From an uncultured Clostridia bacterium (GTDB lineage: Bacteria > Bacillota > Natranaerobiia > Natranaerobiales > Natranaerobiaceae), in the NCBI GenBank assembly GCA_964487675.1, contig CAZARY010000001.1, forward strand, positions 1 through 42,391: 42,391 bases of DNA. The letters are read 5' to 3'. Positions 36,055-42,391 of this stretch are shown here, one piece after another. Under the pieces are notes generated by a model. The model was not told where the DNA came from, did no database searches, and was given only the letters and a program-made list of their open reading frames with translations. Made by a program: the position numbers and the translations under genes. Within the stretch, counting starts at the first letter, position 1. Each line of letters starts with the position of its first letter.

Positions 36055-36082
36055 TTGTAATACAAAGGAACTTTGTTATAAT
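36055..36082 (+). promoter_or_regulatory. Promoter candidate with an extended -10
   Basis: TTGTAA (36055-36060), a 16-nt spacer ending in TGT, then TATAAT (36077-36082). About 60 nt upstream of the ATG at 36144. Confidence 0.45.
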
Positions 36083-36143
36083 TACAAATATATGTAAACC
36101 AACTCAGGAGAATTATCAATAATGGCAAGAAAGTAGGTTTATC

Positions 36144-37076
36144 ATGCATTTAAATATTAAAAAAGTGGATGTGAGTAAATTTATTGCCATGCTAGCAACA
36201 CTTATTTTATTTTTTTCTATTGTAAGTGCAGCTTTTAGTTATGCTAGCATAAAAGCATTAGATGAAGAGTTTCTACTAGAAACAATGGATGGAACAGACT
36301 TTTATCGTCGGGCCGACGAACTTTTCATCAAAGAACATTTCAATAATTGGGAAAGCATGCCAAGCGGCCAAAGGACAATAAATTTTTTAATATCGGAAAT
36401 CAATCGTGCCAGGATCTTACGAGAAAATGCGGAGAATTTTGTTCCTGAAGTGGTGGAATATGTTTCCGGCGAAGATGAGCGCATCGATATTACTGTGAGC
36501 ATGGAAGCGCTTGAAGAAGAATTAAAAGAAACATTGGGTGAATTTGATACATTTATGAAAATTCTAGATATAGAAATTCCTAGGGAAGCAGAGATCTTAA
36601 GAAATTTACCTCAAAACATGCAGGAAAATTTACATGAAGTGATAAAGCTTAATTTAATCGATCATATTCGCTTACCCGGGAAGATTCCTCTCGATTACTT
36701 GCTGGTGGAAATTGACCTGGAAAAGTATTTGGAGGATGCCCGGAATTATTACCAGCAGGTAGACATCATTTTAATAATTTCTATGGCTTTAAGTGTTTTT
36801 TTATGTATTCTTTTGTTTGTTTGGAGGAGGGATCAGGGACTTATTTGGGCCAGCTTTGCTTTATTGTTAAGTGGGGGCATGGTGGTTAGCTCTGCTGTAC
36901 AAAGAGAAATGACTGCACTGATTTTTCAACGGCTCACCCCCTCAGAACTTGCCTTGGCGGGAGACTTTGTGGTTGCTGCTATGAAGCAGGTGGATTATAT
37001 TGGTTATGCCCTATTAAGTCTAGGTGGCATCGGATTTTTGGGGGGGTTTATTTATCGCTTCTACCGCTCACTATAA
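36144..37076 (+). CDS. Hypothetical membrane protein (N-terminal anchor, ~190-aa extracytoplasmic region, C-terminal TM bundle)
   Basis: Long ORF with hydrophobic segments at the N-terminus and in the last ~100 aa. No family recognised and the RBS is weak. Confidence 0.6.
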   Translation: MHLNIKKVDVSKFIAMLATLILFFSIVSAAFSYASIKALDEEFLLETMDGTDFYRRADELFIKEHFNNWESMPSGQRTINFLISEINRARILRENAENFVPEVVEYVSGEDERIDITVSMEALEEELKETLGEFDTFMKILDIEIPREAEILRNLPQNMQENLHEVIKLNLIDHIRLPGKIPLDYLLVEIDLEKYLEDARNYYQQVDIILIISMALSVFLCILLFVWRRDQGLIWASFALLLSGGMVVSSAVQREMTALIFQRLTPSELALAGDFVVAAMKQVDYIGYALLSLGGIGFLGGFIYRFYRSL

Positions 37077-37256
37077 ATGGCATTTTTTGTAGTACCGTTT
37101 CACAATATTGGCGAAATCACCAACAGCAAGAAGTTCTTTGTAAACCCAGGCCATTAAAGGAAAAAGGATAGGGATTAATAAAAACTTAACCGGAGATGAG
37201 GTATAGGATGGCGCGGCGCTAGCCGGCATGTGTGTTTGTGGAATAGATTCAGATAT

Positions 37257-37631
37257 TTAAGAATAGCACCAACGCCTAAGCTTTTGACGGTATTTTTTCA
37301 CAGTTGGCGAGTTTGCATTACCACGTTTTTCCATCAAGGTGTTGAATCGCAAGGATTTTTCATTTTTTTGCTTTAACATCTTTTGTTTTTCCTCTGGCGA
37401 AGAGCACCTATCAATTAAATCGTCCAGGTGGACGATTTCTTTTTTGAGTTCCATTTCTTCCGGTAGGTAACCTGCATTTTTTAGCATCAAATAGCCTGCC
37501 CTCAATTCTTCGGGGACTTGGGAAAGATCATCTAACTGCAAAGGTTTTCCTTTGCCATCCAGGCAATCAAATTGTCCTTCTTCCTTTGCTTTTTTTATTT
37601 TTTTATCACATAGCTCTTCAATAAATCTCAC
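37257..37631 (-). CDS. DUF1992 (DnaJ-C28-like, YhdN-type) domain protein
   Basis: EEGQFDCLDGKGKPL ... AGYLMLKNAGYLPEEMELKKEI matches the DUF1992 pattern. The likely start is GTG 37631, downstream of GGAGGCGGGAGG; the listed TTG 37655 precedes the RBS. Confidence 0.75.
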   Translation of the reverse strand: MRFIEELCDKKIKKAKEEGQFDCLDGKGKPLQLDDLSQVPEELRAGYLMLKNAGYLPEEMELKKEIVHLDDLIDRCSSPEEKQKMLKQKNEKSLRFNTLMEKRGNANSPTVKKYRQKLRRWCYS

Positions 37632-38200
37632 AGTGCCTCCCGCCTCCTGTTTCAAAAGTAATTAATCATAAGCTCTCAACTTTTTTGACACAGCCCTATC
37701 CCCTAGGAGCCATAAAGATGCAAAATATATAAAATGACTGATATCAGCAAAAAAGCTGGTGGCAAATAGTTGGGCAACACAATTAAAAAGATCGCTCCTG
37801 GAAACGTCCACTAAGGATATTTATAGTGATTATAACATTCTCCAGCAGCAGCATGAAATCCTTATTTTCTTTGTTCTTGGTTTATTTATCCTTAGATTTT
37901 ATCACAGGTCCAAAATCGGTTGGTTAGTTTCACTTTAAAATTAACAGGTGTCTAACATACGAGGAAAAATTCATGTCACAGACTGGGTTTAGAAAGTGTT
38001 TGGATAAATTGACCTATCATAAATATTGAGTAAGGGCACTCGAAGGACTATTTTTGTGCACTAATAGTATTTGTACATTAATAACAACTGTTGAACTAGC
38101 AGGTCTGGATTACTTTGGATTAGAAATGAATTTATTAGATAGAATATTGTATGATATAATTAATAAAATAAAAAGAGATTTTAAGTTGTGCAAGTTAGCG

Positions 38201-38773
38201 TTACTTTAATCCGCTGGAATCTTTTCTTCTTTTAAAATAAGCTTTTTGGAGAAGCTCTTCCCTAGTACACTGATCAAAGATGGATAATTGATGGCGTTCC
38301 GGGAAGTATTTATTTAAAAGCAATTCTTCAAGCTCTAAGTGGCAGAGCAAATTGCTGTTCGGGAGGATATGGACGACCTGAATATTATTATCCATTAAAC
38401 TGGGGGCCACCAGAAAAGCCCGATGGCATTTGGAGGGGTCCCCTTCACTACACAGAATGGTTGTATTATAATCTGAATAATTTGCTTTTTCCAATTGTAT
38501 GTGGTGGATTAGCTCATGAATACCGCTTGTCCACTCGTCTGGAGGAACGCGTTTGAAGCCTCCTAGCTTTTTACCCAAAAAGACATATATTATGCCTTGG
38601 TGATGAAGCATTTTTTGCAAAGACTTTTTTTGATATTGAGGAGCGAAAGAGCTGTAAGGCTTTCTGCGGATATCCACTACTTTTTGAATATTGTGATCTT
38701 TCAAGTGCTTTAAAAATGCATCAATGGGATGGTTTGAATGACCAATGGTGTAACATATCGGTTTTTGCATCAT
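38201..38773 (-). CDS. DUF488 domain protein
   Basis: ICYTIGHSN ... VVDIRRKP ... ILCSEGDPSKCHRAFL follows the DUF488 pattern. ATG 38773 lies 6 nt after GGAGGA. Confidence 0.8.
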   Translation of the reverse strand: MMQKPICYTIGHSNHPIDAFLKHLKDHNIQKVVDIRRKPYSSFAPQYQKKSLQKMLHHQGIIYVFLGKKLGGFKRVPPDEWTSGIHELIHHIQLEKANYSDYNTTILCSEGDPSKCHRAFLVAPSLMDNNIQVVHILPNSNLLCHLELEELLLNKYFPERHQLSIFDQCTREELLQKAYFKRRKDSSGLK

Positions 38774-39104
38774 ATTTATTCCTCCAGGCCAAAATGAATA
38801 AGTCAAGTGGTATTAGCTTTAATATTTTTTGTGTATCATGTTGCTCCGAAAAAGATAGAAATATTCCGTGAACTTTGTGTGATGCCTTTGGCGCTACATT
38901 ACTCTTGAGTTTGTTTTCCTGCTCCAACTTAAAATTCAGGCTAGCAATATTTCACCTTTAAACAATTCATAATAGACAGGCGTTAATAATACGAGATTAT
39001 CACATCCTAACGGGACATGGCAAATCCAGTCGATAGAATTAAAATTCGTTAAGCTCTTGTCTATTTATAATTGCTGTCAAAAATTTTTCTTCCTTGGAGG
39101 CCCG

Positions 39105-39761
39105 ATGATGTCAAAACAGATAACGAGCTTGGCTTTATTTGCGAATGGTTATTATGGTGAGGCAACTTTTTACCGCCAAGAAATTAAAAGAAATGACTAT
39201 ATTATTGCGGTGGATGGAGGCGCTAATTTCTTATTTGAACTAGAGGTTATCCCTGATGAAATTCTTGGTGATTTCGACTCCATCAAACCCGAGGTATACA
39301 AGGACTATGAGAAAAAACCCGTGAAGATTCAGCGCCATCCCAGGGAAAAGGATGAGTCAGATCTAGAACTAGCATTAATCAGAGCTGTGGAACTAAAACC
39401 TGCTGGGATTAACATTTATGGCGCTCTGGGTAAAAGAGTGGATCATTTGATTTCTAATATTATGGTATTAATTATGCCGAGGAAAAAAGGAATACCCGCA
39501 GTACTAAAAGATGAAAATCATGAAATTACCATTATTGACTCCCATTATAAATTTGAAGGGAAGCAGGGGGACTACCTTTCTTTGTTTCCTTTAACCCATG
39601 AAGCCAAAGGGATTGTAACCTCGGGTTTAAAATACCAACTGCAAGGAGAATCTTTATTATTGGGGCCTTCGCGGGGGTTGAGCAATGAATTTACCGGGCG
39701 ATCGGCTGAAATAACCTTGGACCAAGGTTATTTAGTAGCCATTAAAACAAAAAGAAATTAG
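39105..39761 (+). CDS. Thiamine diphosphokinase (thiamine pyrophosphokinase)
   Basis: IIAVDGGAN, the GDFDS motif, ESDLELAL and GALGKRVDH, with a C-terminal thiamine-binding-like domain. ATG 39105 lies after GGAGG. Confidence 0.85.
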   Translation: MMSKQITSLALFANGYYGEATFYRQEIKRNDYIIAVDGGANFLFELEVIPDEILGDFDSIKPEVYKDYEKKPVKIQRHPREKDESDLELALIRAVELKPAGINIYGALGKRVDHLISNIMVLIMPRKKGIPAVLKDENHEITIIDSHYKFEGKQGDYLSLFPLTHEAKGIVTSGLKYQLQGESLLLGPSRGLSNEFTGRSAEITLDQGYLVAIKTKRN

Positions 39762-39773
39762 GAGTTGGGATTA

Positions 39774-40676
39774 ATGGCAAAGAAAATTGAGTTGCTGGGT
39801 CTGGAAAGCATCCCCAACGTGAACCCCGGGGACAGTTTGGTGGACTATATTATCCAAGCTTTACACCGGGAAAATGTAAAATTGGATACGGGGGATATTT
39901 TGGTGATAAGCAGTAAGGTGGTCTCAAAAGCTGAGGGCAGGATTGTAGACTTGGAAGATATAAAACCTGGTAAAGCAGCTAAAGCCATAGCAAAGCTTAC
40001 GGGCAAGGACTCTCGTAGAGTGCAAGTAATTAAGGAAGAGTCGAGTAAAATAGTGGGTTATTTATCTTTAGAAAAATTATCTAAAAACCGGGATTTTATC
40101 AAATCTTATTTTGGCGAAGATGATGTAGAAAAAATATTGGCTTTGAACGAAGCTGTTCTCTTTTCAGTTATGCCAGGTGGACAGATCATGACCGATGCAG
40201 GCACTGATTTCTCTAATGTGGAAGGCAAAAATATGATGTCATTGCTCCCCAAAGACCCGATGCAAAGCGCGGGAAATCTTCGAAAAGAAATAGAAAAGAA
40301 GCAGGAAAATTCAATTGGTGTGGTTATTTCTGATACGGAAATTAGAGCTTTAAGACAAGGAACAACGGACATTGCTTTGGGTTATGATGGCGTGGTACCT
40401 ATGATGAAAGAATTCGGGGAAGAAGACCTTTTTGGCAGTCCAACTTTTGGGGGAATCGACGCCATTGCTGATCAAATGGCCAGCAGTGCATCTTTGCTGA
40501 TGGGGCAGTGCGCAGAAAAGATTCCTGTAGTGATTCTCAAAGGGTTAGATAGGTTTTTTGATCCTGAAAATTTAATGAAAGAGGAAACCGCTTTACCGTT
40601 TCATTTAATGGCAAGTTTTATGAAAGATGTTATTATTTCTCGATTCAAACTGTCTCTGTACACACGCTTCGGTTAA
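39774..40676 (+). CDS. CofE-like (F420-0:gamma-glutamyl ligase family, PF01996-like) protein
   Basis: GDILVISSKVVSKAEGRIV, TDAGTDFSNV, LLPKDP, VVISDTEIRALRQGTTDIALGY and PVVILKG follow the CofE fold pattern. ATG 39774 lies 9 nt after AGGAG. Confidence 0.75.
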   Translation: MAKKIELLGLESIPNVNPGDSLVDYIIQALHRENVKLDTGDILVISSKVVSKAEGRIVDLEDIKPGKAAKAIAKLTGKDSRRVQVIKEESSKIVGYLSLEKLSKNRDFIKSYFGEDDVEKILALNEAVLFSVMPGGQIMTDAGTDFSNVEGKNMMSLLPKDPMQSAGNLRKEIEKKQENSIGVVISDTEIRALRQGTTDIALGYDGVVPMMKEFGEEDLFGSPTFGGIDAIADQMASSASLLMGQCAEKIPVVILKGLDRFFDPENLMKEETALPFHLMASFMKDVIISRFKLSLYTRFG

Positions 40677-40868
40677 CAGCTGGGTTTTAAACCAGGGGCA
40701 CATATAGATAGTTTTAAGAAAAATAAATTTAATGACCATAGATGTGTTGTTGAATGATATAATAAATTAGTATAATAAATTAGTACATTAAATCACACGT
40801 TTCTTTTTGTTAAATTAAGAACAAACTGTTAATTTATTTATATTTAAAACCGATTAGGGGGGTATATT

Positions 40869-42391
40869 ATGACGTTTAAAGTGACCGATACCACATTGAG
40901 AGATGCTCACCAATCGCTGTATGCAACGAGAACAACCACCAAAGATATGATCCCCATTTTAGAAAGCATAGATCAGGTGGGGTATCATTCCCTGGAAATG
41001 TGGGGTGGAGCCACCTTCGATTCGTGCATGCGCTATTTGGATGAAGACCCGTGGGAGAGACTAAAAACCATTAGAAAACATGTTAAAAACACGAAATTGC
41101 AGATGCTTTTAAGAGGTCAAAATATTGTAGGGTATAAAAATTATCCGGATGATGTGCTGGAATTATTTATCAAACGCGCTGTAGTAAATGGTTTGGACAT
41201 AATACGGATATTTGATGCGCTCAATGACATTCGCAATATGGAAAAAGCGATCCAAGTTACGAAGCAGGAAGGGGCGCATGCCCAGGGCACTATATCCTAT
41301 ACCATCAGTCCCGTGCACACAATAGAAACGTTTGTGGATATTGCTCAGGAATTGGAAGAAAGAGGGTGTGATTCGATTTGCATCAAGGATATGGCAGGGC
41401 TTTTGGCGCCGTACAACGGCTATGAGCTGGTCAGGCGGCTTAAAGAAGAAACGAAAGTGCCCATCCAACTGCACAGCCACTGTACAAGTGGTATGGCCAC
41501 CACCACTTATATTAAAGCCATAGAAGCCGGGGTTGATGTGATTGACACCGCAATTTCTCCTTTTGCCTTGGGCACCTCACAGCCACCGATAGAATCTATT
41601 GTGGCCATGCTGCAAGGCACGGAAAATGAAATAAAATTGAATAAAGACGCGATGGACGAACAGACGGAGTATTTCAAGGGGATCAAGGGCAAATATGAGA
41701 AATATTCAAAACTCAAGGTTAGCGTGGATGCCAATGTCTTGAGTTACCAACTGCCTGGGGGGATGATTTCTAACTTGACTTCTCAGCTATCTGAAGCCAA
41801 TGCGCTGGACAAATATGACGAGGTGTTGAAAGAAATCCCCCGTGTTCGAGAAGAGCTGGGCTTTCCACCTTTGGTAACACCCACCAGTCAAATTGTTGGC
41901 ACCCAGGCGGTATTCAACGTGCTGACCGGGGAAAGATATAAAATGATCACTGAAGAGGTGAAAAATTATCTGGCGGGGCAGTACGGCAAACCGATTAAGG
42001 AAGTGGACCCTGATCTAAAAAAGCAAGCATTGAAGGGTAGGGAAGAGATAACCGATCGACCGGCCAATCACCTGGAACCGCAGCTGGAAAAAGCCCGGGA
42101 AGAGATAAAAGATCTGGCTGAAACGGAAGAAGATGTACTTTCTTACTGTCTCTTTCCTTCCGTGGCAAAAGATTTCCTGAAGCGCCGCAAGGCAGGAGAG
42201 TTGAGGGATTTTGAAGAAAAAGAAGCGGAAGCAGAAACTGAGGCGTGTAAAAAGAAAGCCGAAAAATCAGAGGGACAATCTTCGGCTGAAGTGGCGGCGA
42301 CAGATAACAATCAACCTGCGGCCGGAAACAATAGTACTGCTGATATTGGACCCACCACTCGAAAAAGACTTCGGGTGACCGTGGAAGGGAA
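40869..42391 (+). CDS. Oxaloacetate decarboxylase alpha subunit / pyruvate carboxylase subunit B-type carboxyltransferase, 3'-truncated by the window edge
   Basis: Not in the ORF track because no stop is reached. My own translation from ATG 40869 (after AGGGGGG) is stop-free to nt 42391. It gives TLRDAHQS, MWGGATFD, IKDMAG and HSHCTSG, then an acidic/Ala-rich linker leading into the start of a biotinyl domain (RVTVEG). Confidence 0.9.
   Translation, partial: MTFKVTDTTLRDAHQSLYATRTTTKDMIPILESIDQVGYHSLEMWGGATFDSCMRYLDEDPWERLKTIRKHVKNTKLQMLLRGQNIVGYKNYPDDVLELFIKRAVVNGLDIIRIFDALNDIRNMEKAIQVTKQEGAHAQGTISYTISPVHTIETFVDIAQELEERGCDSICIKDMAGLLAPYNGYELVRRLKEETKVPIQLHSHCTSGMATTTYIKAIEAGVDVIDTAISPFALGTSQPPIESIVAMLQGTENEIKLNKDAMDEQTEYFKGIKGKYEKYSKLKVSVDANVLSYQLPGGMISNLTSQLSEANALDKYDEVLKEIPRVREELGFPPLVTPTSQIVGTQAVFNVLTGERYKMITEEVKNYLAGQYGKPIKEVDPDLKKQALKGREEITDRPANHLEPQLEKAREEIKDLAETEEDVLSYCLFPSVAKDFLKRRKAGELRDFEEKEAEAETEACKKKAEKSEGQSSAEVAATDNNQPAAGNNSTADIGPTTRKRLRVTVEG

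Noticed and set aside
35967-36149. 60-aa minus-strand ORF upstream of the membrane protein gene
   Set aside because: It overlaps the predicted promoter of the + strand gene, and has no RBS and no motif.
37210-37227. GC-only 18-mer (GGCGCGGCGCTAGCCGGC) made of nested short palindromes in an AT-rich spacer
   Set aside because: The palindromes are too short and too closely spaced to form a stable hairpin. There is no second copy in the window, so it is probably chance or a restriction-site-like cluster.
38721-38927. 68-aa minus-strand ORF overlapping the start of the DUF488 gene
   Set aside because: It is out of frame with DUF488 and has no RBS. The DUF488 start at 38773 has a good GGAGGA.
38807-39104. 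TPP riboswitch upstream of the thiamine pyrophosphokinase gene
   Set aside because: No CUGAGA or ACCUGAUCUGGAUAAUGCCAGCG-like THI-box elements are visible.
1-42391. CRISPR arrays, IS elements, integrases, and tRNA or rRNA genes
   Set aside because: Scanning by eye gave no regularly spaced direct repeats beyond the four octamers at 33095-33126, no transposase- or integrase-like ORFs, and no cloverleaf- or rRNA-like conserved blocks. A tRNAscan/Infernal run would be needed to exclude small RNAs fully.

Overview
AT-rich chromosomal segment that looks like a low-GC anaerobic Firmicute (Clostridia-like). Strongly acidic linkers in the exported proteins hint at a halophilic or haloalkaliphilic lifestyle. 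I support about 40 protein-coding genes, almost all with Shine-Dalgarno sites of the GGAGG type. I found no rRNA or tRNA genes, no CRISPR array, and no transposase or integrase. Left to right: a 5'-truncated SRAP peptidase, glycerate kinase, an MBL-fold hydrolase, a DUF362-HAD fusion, an acidic glycosidase-like lipoprotein, trpS, a nitroreductase, a five-gene peptide/nickel-type ABC importer plus a C26 amidotransferase, a Tat-signal aldo/keto reductase, a GIY-YIG (DUF123)/HD pair, two membrane proteins, a ferritin-like protein and a CoA-binding protein. Next comes a grdE-grdB selenoprotein pair, where the ORF track splits grdB at an in-frame TGA that encodes selenocysteine. Upstream of it on the minus strand are an isochorismatase-family hydrolase, an FAD oxidoreductase and a gamma-CA-like protein. 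The window continues with a tight five-gene cassette (bacterial-type PARG, Smr, metallophosphoesterase, orphan protein, YbaK-like deacylase), a T-box-controlled thrC-thrB operon, an ArsR/CadA-type metal efflux pair, DUF1992, DUF488, thiamine pyrophosphokinase plus a CofE-like ligase, and a 3'-truncated oxaloacetate-decarboxylase-alpha/PycB-type carboxyltransferase that is absent from the ORF track. The best candidate for an undescribed system is the PARG-Smr-phosphoesterase-orphan-YbaK cassette at 27078-30556. All calls rest on motif recognition by eye; no database search was possible.
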